NCBI GenBank assembly: GCA_040390065.1 | Contig: JAZJZE010000001.1 | Span: 160,001 to 224,000, forward strand | Direction: 5' to 3' | Origin: a bacterium | Lineage (GTDB): Archaea; Thermoplasmatota; E2; JACPAO01; JAHFTW01 | Length of the DNA: 64,000 nucleotides | Program-made: the position numbers and the translations under genes | Notes under the pieces: model-generated | Told to the model about the DNA's origin: nothing | The model's database searches: none | The model's input: the letters and a program-made list of their open reading frames with translations, nothing else | Shown here: positions 55,598 to 64,000 of the stretch, in pieces | Layout: every line of letters begins with the position of its first letter | Position numbering within the stretch: the stretch's first letter is position 1

Positions 55598-56623
55598 ATG
55601 ATGGTCCGTGCCCTTTTCGTCGCCGTCCTGCTCGTCGTCCTTGCGGGCTGCTCCACGCCCGCGCCCGGCCCGGACCCGGCCCCGCCCCCTGCTCCGGCGG
55701 CCGCCCCGACGCCCGTGCACGTCATCGCGCCGCCTGCGGCAAAGAACCTGGACTGGGGGACCGTGAAGGCCAAGCTGTCCGGCCACGCCGGCGACTGGTT
55801 CGTCGGCTACCAGGACCTCAACCTCAGTTCCGACCACCTCTCGTGGAGCGCCGAGTTCCACGCCTCGGCCACGAACAGCACGGGTGGCCCGGTGACCCTG
55901 TTCGCGTGGGCGCCATCGCTTCTCTATTCCTTCGGCAAGGACCGCAGCGTCCAGAACGCGCCCTTCAACGGCCACGTGATGCAGCACTCCGCGACGGGGC
56001 ACGCCAGCATCGATTACGTGATTCCCGGTGCCGGCTCCGGTCTGGGCGGCGAAGACCCGCAATTCGTCGGCGTCCTGTTCGCGGTGGCCGCCGACGGCCC
56101 GTGGAACGCGACCGTTTCCTTCTCGGTCGGCGACGGTCCGGATGTCGGCCCGCGCTTCACGCTGCAGGGCACCGGAGCGTCCATCCATTTCGGCGGCACA
56201 CACTTGGCGCAATTGCCGACGGCGCCCGTCGGCCAGACGACGTTGGACGCCGACATCGCAACGAGTGGCTGGACGCACATCGAAGTCGTCCGGGCCCCGC
56301 TCGAGCCGGACGAAGTGCGCGACTACGACTTCAAGCTCGCCAACGGGTACGCCATGACGGGGCCGGCGTACGGCGAGGGCTACTTCGTGCCCATGGTGGG
56401 CGGCAGCGCCGGGACGGGGGCACTCGACGGCTTCGGCAGCCTCCGCGACGGCCCGGGGAAACTGCATGCCGCGTTGACGTACGCGGAGACCGACCTGGGG
56501 GCGGAACTGGCGTACTGCCACATGCCGCTGCCGAGCCCGATGCCCGAGTATCTCGGCGACGGCAACTACACTGCGTTCAACTGGCCATTCCCCGAAGGTC
56601 TGCCCCCAGTCGCCAACCCGTAG
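55598..56623 (+). CDS. Lipoprotein of unknown function
   Basis: Lipobox VLAGC, Pro-rich linker, beta-rich body. Confidence 0.75.
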   Translation: MMVRALFVAVLLVVLAGCSTPAPGPDPAPPPAPAAAPTPVHVIAPPAAKNLDWGTVKAKLSGHAGDWFVGYQDLNLSSDHLSWSAEFHASATNSTGGPVTLFAWAPSLLYSFGKDRSVQNAPFNGHVMQHSATGHASIDYVIPGAGSGLGGEDPQFVGVLFAVAADGPWNATVSFSVGDGPDVGPRFTLQGTGASIHFGGTHLAQLPTAPVGQTTLDADIATSGWTHIEVVRAPLEPDEVRDYDFKLANGYAMTGPAYGEGYFVPMVGGSAGTGALDGFGSLRDGPGKLHAALTYAETDLGAELAYCHMPLPSPMPEYLGDGNYTAFNWPFPEGLPPVANP

Positions 56624-57045
56624 CACAGGACGGCTGCCGCGACGACGAGCGTCAGGTGGAAGCCCACGACGATGACCAAGAGGCCGTCCATGTTGAGGCC
56701 GTTGACGTAGTGCAGGTTGTCGTGGATCCACCAGTTGCCGAGCATCCAGGCGGCGCTTGCGTACTGCGCCACGGCCATGGGCCGCGACGGCCAGGTGCGG
56801 CGCACGGCGGGCCAAGCGAACGCCAGGAATGCGACCGCCAAGCCAAGGGCCGCGGCTTCGGCCAGTCCGACGCCAGCCGCGACGACGAGGGCGGCGCCCT
56901 GCGGTCGACTGCCCGCCATCGCGCCCTGCCACGGCCACACGTGCCACCAACCGCCAGCGGGTGAGCCGGCGCTCCACAGGAAGGCCGGCACTGCGACGCT
57001 TGCGGCAAGGATGGCGGCTTCGGCCGAGCGGCGCATCGTCGTCAC
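56566..57045 (-). CDS. Membrane protein with WWxHDxLH motif
   Basis: Four hydrophobic helices; GNWWIHDNLH and GFH. Confidence 0.6.
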   Translation of the reverse strand: MTTMRRSAEAAILAASVAVPAFLWSAGSPAGGWWHVWPWQGAMAGSRPQGAALVVAAGVGLAEAAALGLAVAFLAFAWPAVRRTWPSRPMAVAQYASAAWMLGNWWIHDNLHYVNGLNMDGLLVIVVGFHLTLVVAAAVLCYGLATGGRPSGNGQLNAV

Positions 57046-57563
57046 GACCTCGTTCCGACCAGGTCAAGCACGCCCGTCACGGAGACGAGTTCGCTCGTGC
57101 CCGACGCAGCATCGAGCTCCGGCTGCCAGGCGTCAAGTTCCAGGCTGGCCCCGGGCAGGGTCGTGGTGTTGGACATGAGCCGTAGCGGCAGCGGGCCATC
57201 GGCCATGGCGATGACCTTCGTGGGGCATGTCTTCTCGCTCAGGCAAAGGAGTTCGGCGTGCACCTTGAAGGTCGAGCCGACGCCGGAGAAGTAGCGGATC
57301 GTGAGGTCGGTGCCGACGAGGGCCTGGCTTTCGTTGAGGCCGATCTCCAACAGGCGCCCGTCGCCGTTGAAGAAACAGGAGCTGGCGACACAGCGGCCGG
57401 GGCCGGGAAGGTTGCCTGCCTCGTCGACGGCCTGCGTGGTCGACACGTCGGACGGTACGGAAGCGGCGGCGGGTGGGGCGGTTTCCGGCGGCGCGGCGGG
57501 GGCCGAGCATCCGGCGAAGGTGGCCAGAATCAGGCAGACTGCAGGGGCGGCAAGGAAGCGCAT
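57042..57563 (-). CDS. Lipoprotein of unknown function
   Basis: Lipobox FAGC; CTTAT upstream; stop overlaps the next start. Confidence 0.65.
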   Translation of the reverse strand: MRFLAAPAVCLILATFAGCSAPAAPPETAPPAAASVPSDVSTTQAVDEAGNLPGPGRCVASSCFFNGDGRLLEIGLNESQALVGTDLTIRYFSGVGSTFKVHAELLCLSEKTCPTKVIAMADGPLPLRLMSNTTTLPGASLELDAWQPELDAASGTSELVSVTGVLDLVGTRS

Positions 57564-57620
57564 GGTGGACGGAACGAAAACGGGCCGGGCGCACGGATAA
57601 GTTGTTTGGCGGCCGTGTCG

Positions 57621-60029
57621 TCATTCCGGCAGGACGTAGCGCCGCACCTGGATGAACCGGCGGCCCAGCCAACTCGACTTGCGCTTCCCAGGGACGCCGC
57701 CGCTGCGCACGATGAGCACGTTCCCCGCGACGCGATCCGTGATCTCCTGCGTCTTCGGCCCGAGCAGTCCCTTGCTCCACAACTTCGGCGGTGCGCTTGC
57801 CCCCACGACGACGAGGTCGTAGCCGCGCGACTTGTCGAGGACTTTGCGTACCGGCTGACCCGCCTCGGAACCGACTTCACTGGGGACTCCGGCTACGGCG
57901 CTTGCGCCGAGCTGTTGTTGGCCCCAAGCGGCAAACTCCTCGGCCGTCTCCGTTCCCTTGAGGACGTGGAAGAGGGTGACCTTGCCGCCGCTACCGCGTG
58001 CAAGGGCCGTGGCGAGCCGGATGCCAAGGGGCGCCGACGGCGTGCGCGCACCGGCCACGAGGACTCGGCGCGCCGTCAGTTCTGGCGTCTTGAGGCGCAG
58101 CACGGCGACGTCGCATGGCGGGTACGCCAAGAGCGGGCTCGTCGGCTGGCCGACCGTCAGGCGCGCCTGGCCACTCATGAGCAGGAGCGTCGCGCCTTCT
58201 TCGGCGACCACTTCGCGGACGAGGGCGTCGAGGCTGTGGCCGATGCGCACCAGCATCGAGGACGGGACGTCGGCGGGCACCGCGGCCCGTGCTTGCTGGA
58301 TGAGCGAGCGGTCACGGTAGAACGCCTGGCCTTCGGAAAGCGGCGTGACCTCGGGGACGAGGATGGGATGCAGGAGGACGACTTCGCCTTCGATGGCTTG
58401 GGCGATGAGGCCGCCGGCCTTGGCAAGTCCGCGCGCCGTGCTCGGGGCAGGGCTCGACAGGAGCACGAGGATGCGGGTCGCGCGGCGCGGTCCTGCACTC
58501 GCCATGGGCAGCGGGGCGGCAAGCGGCACGAGCGGCGGAAGCGGTTCGGGTTCGCGGCGCTTGACCCAGAAGAAGTACACCATCATGCCGATGGCGATCC
58601 AAAGTCCCGTCACGTACCACGCGACTTGGCTGTACTTCCACAGGTAGATAGCGAGGAAGAATTTCGTGAAAATGCCGATCATTGGCAGGTACGGGAAGAA
58701 GGGCGCGCGCTTGCCGAAGCGCTCGGCGGGGATGACCTTGCGCAGTTTGATGTAACTCGTGTTGACGAGAAGGAACAGGAGCAGGAACATGACGTCCGCC
58801 GCCGTCGCCACCGTTTCGATGGGCAAGAGCGCCATGGTGAGGATGAGGACCCCCGAGCCGAGCACGGCGTAATGCGGTGTACGCCGCGTCTTGTGGATGC
58901 GGCCGAAGACGCGCGGCAGGTCGCCGAGACGGCCCATGGCAAACGACACGCGCGAACTGGAGTAGATGGTGGCGTTGAGCGCCGTGATCTGCAGGAGCAG
59001 TGCCGCGCCCGTGATGACGATGGTGCCGTACGGGATGATCTGGTCGGCCACCTTGAGAAGACCGAGTTCCTTCTGCGCCCCGATGAAGCTCCAGGCTTGG
59101 CCCACCGGAGCGCGCGTGCCCGCGAGCGCGATGAATGCGATCAGGAGCATGATCGCCCAGACCACGAGGAAGCTGTACCAGTGCGCCCGCGGTACGTTGC
59201 GGCGGGGATTCTGGATCTCCTCGCCCGTCTGCGCGATGATCTCGTAGCCTTCGAACGCGATGAACATGATACCCATCGAGAGGAAGACGTTCGACAGGTT
59301 CGTGAGCGTGCTGGAGTCCTTGAAGAAGGGCGTCAGGTTTGTCTTGGCAAGCGCCGGGTTGCTCCAGATGTGCCACAACCCGGCGCCGATGAACACGGTC
59401 ACGGCGACGAGGACGAGGCTGTTGATGACGTTCTCCGCCTTGATGCCGATCTTGACGCCGAGATAGTTGAGAAGCAGGAACAGGCCGGCGACGAAGAGGG
59501 CCAGACCACGAACCAGCGCGGCGTTGTCCCCGTGTGCAAATCCTGCCATCTGGACGAGGAGGAAGATGAACGCCGCGCTGGCCAGCGCGTACAGGCTGCA
59601 GGCGATGACGTGGCTGAACCAGCCCAGCCAGCCGCCGAGAAATCCAAGCGACCTCCCGAGCGCTTGCCGCACCCACAAGTAGCCGCCGCCGGCGTCGTCG
59701 GAGACGGCACCGAGGTCCGCGTAGACCATCAGCGTGGGGATGGTGACGAAGCCGTTCAGGATCAGCGCGAGGATGACGCCGTTGCCGGAGACGCTGGAGG
59801 CAAGGCCGAGCAGGACGAAGACGCCGCCGCCCATGAGTGCCCCGATACCCATGAGGGTCGCATCGGCCAACGTGATCTCGCGCGCCAGCCGGACTTCGCC
59901 GCCCTTGGCCTCGACCTTCGCGTCCGGTGTCGGTGGCACGGCCAATGCGGGCGGCAGGTCGCCGGCGGGCGTCGGCGGCCACCTCGGCGCAGCGCCGTCC
60001 GACTCAGGAGAGGGTCCGGCGGCGTCCAC
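57621..60029 (-). CDS. APC-family permease fused to two universal-stress (USP) domains
   Basis: GALMGGGVF, FIAFEGYE, GEEIQNPRRNVP, SSSRVSFAMGR; C-terminal PCDVAVLR and YDLVVVGAS. Confidence 0.88.
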   Translation of the reverse strand: MDAAGPSPESDGAAPRWPPTPAGDLPPALAVPPTPDAKVEAKGGEVRLAREITLADATLMGIGALMGGGVFVLLGLASSVSGNGVILALILNGFVTIPTLMVYADLGAVSDDAGGGYLWVRQALGRSLGFLGGWLGWFSHVIACSLYALASAAFIFLLVQMAGFAHGDNAALVRGLALFVAGLFLLLNYLGVKIGIKAENVINSLVLVAVTVFIGAGLWHIWSNPALAKTNLTPFFKDSSTLTNLSNVFLSMGIMFIAFEGYEIIAQTGEEIQNPRRNVPRAHWYSFLVVWAIMLLIAFIALAGTRAPVGQAWSFIGAQKELGLLKVADQIIPYGTIVITGAALLLQITALNATIYSSSRVSFAMGRLGDLPRVFGRIHKTRRTPHYAVLGSGVLILTMALLPIETVATAADVMFLLLFLLVNTSYIKLRKVIPAERFGKRAPFFPYLPMIGIFTKFFLAIYLWKYSQVAWYVTGLWIAIGMMVYFFWVKRREPEPLPPLVPLAAPLPMASAGPRRATRILVLLSSPAPSTARGLAKAGGLIAQAIEGEVVLLHPILVPEVTPLSEGQAFYRDRSLIQQARAAVPADVPSSMLVRIGHSLDALVREVVAEEGATLLLMSGQARLTVGQPTSPLLAYPPCDVAVLRLKTPELTARRVLVAGARTPSAPLGIRLATALARGSGGKVTLFHVLKGTETAEEFAAWGQQQLGASAVAGVPSEVGSEAGQPVRKVLDKSRGYDLVVVGASAPPKLWSKGLLGPKTQEITDRVAGNVLIVRSGGVPGKRKSSWLGRRFIQVRRYVLPE

Positions 60030-60139
60030 CGCCGCGGCGAGATGCCGGACTCACTTCAGCCCTTTGGTAGCGCTCCAGGAGAGGCGTCGAGCGCCCGTGA
60101 GCCCGGCCGCTTGGCCGCGTCGTGCCTTGGGGCAGGCGG

Positions 60140-60412
60140 TCACGACGTAATGGTCAGGTCCGTCGGGCAGTTGCCGACGCCGTAGATGTACAGCGTCGAG
60201 CACACGCGGACGCGCGGGCCGTGGGGCTGCACGCAGGCGCCGGCGCCCTGAAGGCCGAAGCCGACGACGGCGCAGATGCCTTGGGAACCGTAATCCCCGC
60301 CGCATGCAGCGACCGTGTTGGGGTTGCCGACGCAGACGGGTTTGGCATCCGTCGCCGGGACGATGGACAGTGCGGCAAGGAGGAGGGCGGCGACGGCGAG
60401 CAGGGTCTTCAT
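60140..60412 (-). CDS. Small secreted six-Cys protein
   Basis: Signal peptide MKTLLAVAALLLAAL; six cysteines in the roughly 67-aa mature part. Confidence 0.65.
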   Translation of the reverse strand: MKTLLAVAALLLAALSIVPATDAKPVCVGNPNTVAACGGDYGSQGICAVVGFGLQGAGACVQPHGPRVRVCSTLYIYGVGNCPTDLTITS

Positions 60413-60590
60413 GGACGGAATCCTGGCCCATTCGGGCCGCGGCGGCATGGGGCGTGCGGCTCTTAATGCGCGCGGCGGCGCCTGCGGGCACCCGTCGAGG
60501 AGGGCGTCTCGATGCGCTGTCCATGATGTCCACGCGCGGCACGAGTCGGCATTCCACCTGGCGGGGGTCCGGAGGACGGGCGTCTGGCCT

Positions 60591-60857
60591 GGGCGGTCGC
60601 CGTGCGACCGCCCCGTCCGCTAGGGGGTCTTAGGGGGCGCGCAGCGCCCCCTAGTGCCCTCGCGACGACCGAAATGGGTACAGTCGGCGGGCGAGCGGCC
60701 GAGCGAAGCCCGCCGCACATACCCATTTCGGATGCGGGAAATCGGATTTGAACCGATGAACCACAAATGCTTGCCCCCGAAGGGGCTCCGCCCCTTTCGA
60801 AACCCCGAGGGCGGCTTCGCTTCGCTCAGCCACCCCATCGTCCCGACCCGTCATGAG
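60591..60857. repeat. Hairpin cassettes plus 35-bp copy of tRNA-Leu 3' end (60733-60767)
   Basis: 60733-60767 matches 60858-60892 at 34/35; flanked by TAGGGGGCGC-GCA-GCGCCCCCTA, CCGAAATGGGTA/TACCCATTTCGG and GGCT-TCGCTTCGCTC-AGCC stems. Confidence 0.9.
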
Positions 60858-60941
60858 TGCGGGAGATCGGATTTGAACCGATGAACCACAAAGGACTAGC
60901 CCCTCAAGCTAGCGCCGTTGACCAGGCTTGGCAACTCCCGC
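60858..60941 (-). tRNA. tRNA-Leu(GAG)
   Basis: GCGGGAG/CTCCCGC acceptor stem, CTAGC-TT-GAG-GG-GCTAG anticodon arm, long variable region, GTTCAAATC. Confidence 0.95.
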
Positions 60942-60974
60942 ATGGGGACGGGTCGGGGCGTGTGAACGGGAATT

Positions 60975-60988
60975 TTGGCAACTCCCGC
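60975..60988 (-). repeat. Exact 14-nt copy of tRNA-Leu 5' end
   Basis: TTGGCAACTCCCGC at both 60928-60941 and 60975-60988. Confidence 0.75.
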
Positions 60989-61095
60989 GGGTGGATGGAA
61001 AGAGGTTGGGGAAAAGGGCGGGCCGCCCCGGCAGCGGCCCAGGCGGCACCTTGCGGCGCACGCCACGCCGCAGACGCCGAAGCGTCCGCGGCTGA

Positions 61096-61178
61096 CGCGA
61101 GGGGTGAGATTTGAACTCACGCGGGAAAATCCCACCGCCTTAGCAGGGCGGCGCGCTACCGGGCTATGCGACCCCCGC
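61096..61178 (-). tRNA. tRNA-Ser(GCT)
   Basis: GCGGGGG/CCCTCGC acceptor stem, CCGCC-CT-GCT-AA-GGCGG anticodon arm, variable arm GGGA-TTT-TCCC, GTTCAAATC. Confidence 0.93.
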
Positions 61179-61247
61179 ATTCCGGCACGATCAAGCGCGC
61201 CGTCAGCGTTGCGGCCGACTTGAGGGTGCCATTTAATGGTTTAGGGG

Positions 61248-61964
61248 TCAGGCGCGGGGGCCAAGGCGGGACAGCGCCGGCACCCGGACGCGGCTCGCAA
61301 GCATGACTGCGGCTGGGTTGGCTTCCCTGCGAAGATTGGCGCCATCCGGCCAAACCTTTGCCTTGCGGGCCGCAATCTTGGGCCCGATGTGTCGGGTGCG
61401 GTAGGCCAAGGCGACCGTCTGGAACGTGTGGTAGACCCAGGGCCCGTCCGGATTCTCGAGCTTGGATTCGTCCAGGGCGGCCTGAATGAATGGCTCGAAG
61501 TTGTTGTACCACATGACGATGGGCCAGCCATAGAGTTGATCCGTTGGATTCTCGTGGATGATGCCCTTCTGCAATGCTACGGCCACAATTTCCAGGTGGT
61601 TCAGGATGATGTTCAGGTCTTCCGCCGCGTTGACGTCATGAGCGAAGAGGGCGTCAAGATAGCCCCTGGTGTACTTGGCGTTGGCGTCGTAGAGTACCGT
61701 CTTGCGGAAGCGCTGACGCTTGTCGGCAATCTCGCCATCGTTCCACCGGCTTGCAAGGTCGATGGTCGTCTTGTTGCGGTTCCATTCGTCGAGCTTCAAC
61801 CCCACGATGATGGTCCCATACGCCAAGAAAACCGTCGACTCGACCAGAAGCGCCGTCGTGAACGCGGCGTCTTCCGGGAAGGCGAAACGAAGTCCGTACC
61901 CGGCGGCCCCGGCAACCGCGAAGACGAGGGCGAGGTGCAAGGCGTTGGCAATCCAGCGACGCAT
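61248..61964 (-). CDS. Two-TM protein with DUF4760-like helical domain
   Basis: ILNHLEIVAVALQKGIIHE...YHTFQTVA pattern; visibly lower GC than its neighbours. Confidence 0.6.
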   Translation of the reverse strand: MRRWIANALHLALVFAVAGAAGYGLRFAFPEDAAFTTALLVESTVFLAYGTIIVGLKLDEWNRNKTTIDLASRWNDGEIADKRQRFRKTVLYDANAKYTRGYLDALFAHDVNAAEDLNIILNHLEIVAVALQKGIIHENPTDQLYGWPIVMWYNNFEPFIQAALDESKLENPDGPWVYHTFQTVALAYRTRHIGPKIAARKAKVWPDGANLRREANPAAVMLASRVRVPALSRLGPRA

Positions 61965-61976
61965 CGCCAGCCCTCC

Positions 61977-62402
61977 TCAGGCCTGGTTTCTTGCCAGTCG
62001 CAATCCGCTGCGTCCCTTCATCGAGTTGCCTGGTTCGGCCCACAGCCTTGGGTCGGGGGCGCCGAACGTGACTGTGTACAGTTCGACGGTGCGCTGGAAC
62101 TGGGCGTGCATGCCGGCGCCGGTCGCGTCGGGGATGTGGTCGATGAACTCGCCGAACACGGCGGCGCACCACTGCCGGTAGAGTGGGGTGTCGAGCACCG
62201 CTTGGTGCCAGAATTCGTCGACGACCTTGGACGGCGACAGCGACTCGTCCGGGTGGTTGAAGCAGAGCGCCGCGAACCGGCGAAATTCTTGCTCGACCGC
62301 GGCCGCGTCGCGTTCGCCCGATTTGGCGATGCGCTGCGTGACGGGGCTGAGGTCGAAGGACCAAATGGCCTGTGAGCCGGAGAGCGGGGGCATGTGTTGC
62401 AC
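61977..62402 (-). CDS. Glycine-rich-domain (GRDP/DUF1399-like) core protein
   Basis: EFRRFAAL, PSKVVDEFWHQAVLDTPLY..WC, FIDHIP, YTVTFG. Confidence 0.7.
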   Translation of the reverse strand: MQHMPPLSGSQAIWSFDLSPVTQRIAKSGERDAAAVEQEFRRFAALCFNHPDESLSPSKVVDEFWHQAVLDTPLYRQWCAAVFGEFIDHIPDATGAGMHAQFQRTVELYTVTFGAPDPRLWAEPGNSMKGRSGLRLARNQA

Positions 62403-62451
62403 CTTCGCTTGGGAGTCGGGGCGGCGCTAGTTAAGGTTCCCGGACGGCGGC

Positions 62452-63243
62452 CTACGTCATTCTCCTGAACCGCCAAACCGCAAGCGGCGCAAACACGGCG
62501 ATAATTCCCAAGCACCACAGGATGGCGATCCACCACGCGTCGCCGGCTGGCGTGCCTAGGGACCAGGCGCGTACGGCGTTGGTTCCCTGACTGACGGGTT
62601 GGCCGCCGGCGAAGCCCCGCAGCCAGTCGGGCATGGTCGTCGTGGGCACGAAGATGCTGCTCATGAAGACGAGCGGGAACACCCAGGTGAAGCCGACCAT
62701 TTCGGCGGCTTGAGCGTTCTTCACGATGATGCCAAGAGTCGCAGCGATGCACGAGAAAGCAAGGGAGAAGAGGATGCTGAGGCCGACGGCGCAGAGGGCC
62801 CCGATGGCGTCGCCGTGGAAGCGGTAGCCGACGGCGAAGCCGACGCCGACCATGATGAACATGGCGACGACGTTCCACAACGTGTCGGTCAGGACGCGGG
62901 CCACGAGGACGGTGCCGCGCGTGATGGGCAGCGAGCGGAAGCGGTCCATGACGCCTTTCTGCACGTCCTCGGCGATCTTGATGCCGGTGCCGGTCGCGCC
63001 GAAGATGACGGTCTGCAGGACGATGCCCGGGATGGCGTAGTCGGCGTAGGAGCCGTTCTGGGTGGTGGGTCCGATGGCGCCGCCGAAGACGAAGACGAAC
63101 AGAAGCGTGAACATGATGGGCTGGATGACGGTGTACACGATGAGCTGGGGGACGCGGACGTAGTGCAGCAGGTTGCGCCGCGTCATCAGCATGGCATCCG
63201 CCGCCGCCCAGCCGGCGCGGCGCATCAGGCTCGCTTCGCTCAT
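62452..63243 (-). CDS. ABC-2 (DrrB-like) permease
   Basis: QPIMFTLLFVFVFGG, GVMDRFRSLP, SSIFVP..TMPDWL. Confidence 0.9.
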   Translation of the reverse strand: MSEASLMRRAGWAAADAMLMTRRNLLHYVRVPQLIVYTVIQPIMFTLLFVFVFGGAIGPTTQNGSYADYAIPGIVLQTVIFGATGTGIKIAEDVQKGVMDRFRSLPITRGTVLVARVLTDTLWNVVAMFIMVGVGFAVGYRFHGDAIGALCAVGLSILFSLAFSCIAATLGIIVKNAQAAEMVGFTWVFPLVFMSSIFVPTTTMPDWLRGFAGGQPVSQGTNAVRAWSLGTPAGDAWWIAILWCLGIIAVFAPLAVWRFRRMT

Positions 63244-64000
63244 GGGCCGGCCCCCTTTGGCGTGCGGCCTTTTCTCCCGGACTTGACCGTCTCGTCGATG
63301 GCGGCGTGACCGGTGATGGCAAGGAACACGTCGTCGAGGGTGGGGTGGCGAAGCGACACGTCGAGGGCTTCCACTTTGGCCTTGTCGAGGAGGCGCACGG
63401 CGTCGGTGAGCGTGCTGGTCCCCTTCTTCGCCGGCAGGGACAGCCGCAGGCGGGAGGGGTCGGCTTTGGGGGACAAGGAGGTCAGTGCAGCCGTGCCGGA
63501 CTTCATCGCCTTGGCATCCGCAAAGGTGACCTCGACGACGTCGCCGCCGACGCGGGCCTTGAGTTCGGCGCTCGTGCCTTGCGCGATGACGCGGCCGAGG
63601 TCGACGACGGCGATGCGGTCGGCGATGCGGTCGGCTTCCTCGAGGTACTGCGTGGTCAGTAGGATGGTCTTGCCGCGGCGGCGCAGGTCCTCGATGATGC
63701 CCCACATGGCCAGGCGCGACGGCGGGTCGAGACCGGTTGTCGGTTCATCGAGGAAGATGACGTCAGGGTCGCCAATCAGGCCGGCCGCGAGGTCGAGCCG
63801 CCGCCGCATGCCGCCGGAGTACGTGCGGGCGGGGCGGTCGGCGGCCTCCTCGAGGTCGAAGCGGCGCAGCAGGTCGGCGGCGTTCGCCTTGGCCTGGGCC
63901 TTGGGCTGGTGGTAGAGACGGGCGACCAGGATGAGGTTCTCGCGGCCGGTCAGGTTTTCGTCGACGGCGGCGGATTGGCCGGCAAGTCCGATGATGCGGC
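63240..64000 (-). CDS. ABC (DrrA-like) ATP-binding protein, 5' end outside window
   Basis: YSGGMRRRLDLA, FLDEPTTGLDP, LTTQYLEEAD, PTLDDVFLAITG. Confidence 0.92.
   Translation of the reverse strand, partial: RIIGLAGQSAAVDENLTGRENLILVARLYHQPKAQAKANAADLLRRFDLEEAADRPARTYSGGMRRRLDLAAGLIGDPDVIFLDEPTTGLDPPSRLAMWGIIEDLRRRGKTILLTTQYLEEADRIADRIAVVDLGRVIAQGTSAELKARVGGDVVEVTFADAKAMKSGTAALTSLSPKADPSRLRLSLPAKKGTSTLTDAVRLLDKAKVEALDVSLRHPTLDDVFLAITGHAAIDETVKSGRKGRTPKGAGP

Noticed and set aside
60733-60857. Integrated prophage or island between tRNA-Leu att-like repeats
   Set aside because: Only 90 bp separate the repeats and no integrase is present; treated as a miniature cassette instead.

Overview
64 kb of a high-GC archaeal chromosome. 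Archaeal markers include eS1/S3Ae, eL15, RadA, Spt5, SecE/Sec61-gamma, an A1A0 ATP synthase and CCA-less tRNAs; many genes have a TATA-like box about 25-30 nt before the start codon, which suggests leaderless mRNAs. A Thermoplasmatota-like lineage is my inference. Housekeeping genes (eno, ftsZ, ychF, three tRNAs, the ATP synthase genes) are interleaved with accessory lipoproteins, transporters and regulators. Four things stand out. (1) A largely translationally coupled six-gene operon (6886-11930) in which a cytoplasmic histidine kinase, a stand-alone receiver and two non-kinase paralogues share an unannotated N-terminal domain plus zinc ribbon and CX9CX10CX2H fingers. The two paralogues also carry a small basic domain that occurs as a free-standing 61-aa gene at 31687. 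(2) Two tRNA genes each flanked by copies of both their own 5' and 3' ends, separated by GNA-triloop/tandem-GA hairpin cassettes that recur across the window. (3) A second family of nested CAGAT palindromes, one of which forms a 39-codon ORF coupling atpC to atpF. (4) A 1542-aa protein with an HhH domain and about 19 amphipathic motifs upstream of radA. No CRISPR array, rRNA, integrase or transposase was seen. All family assignments are motif recognition by eye, not database results.
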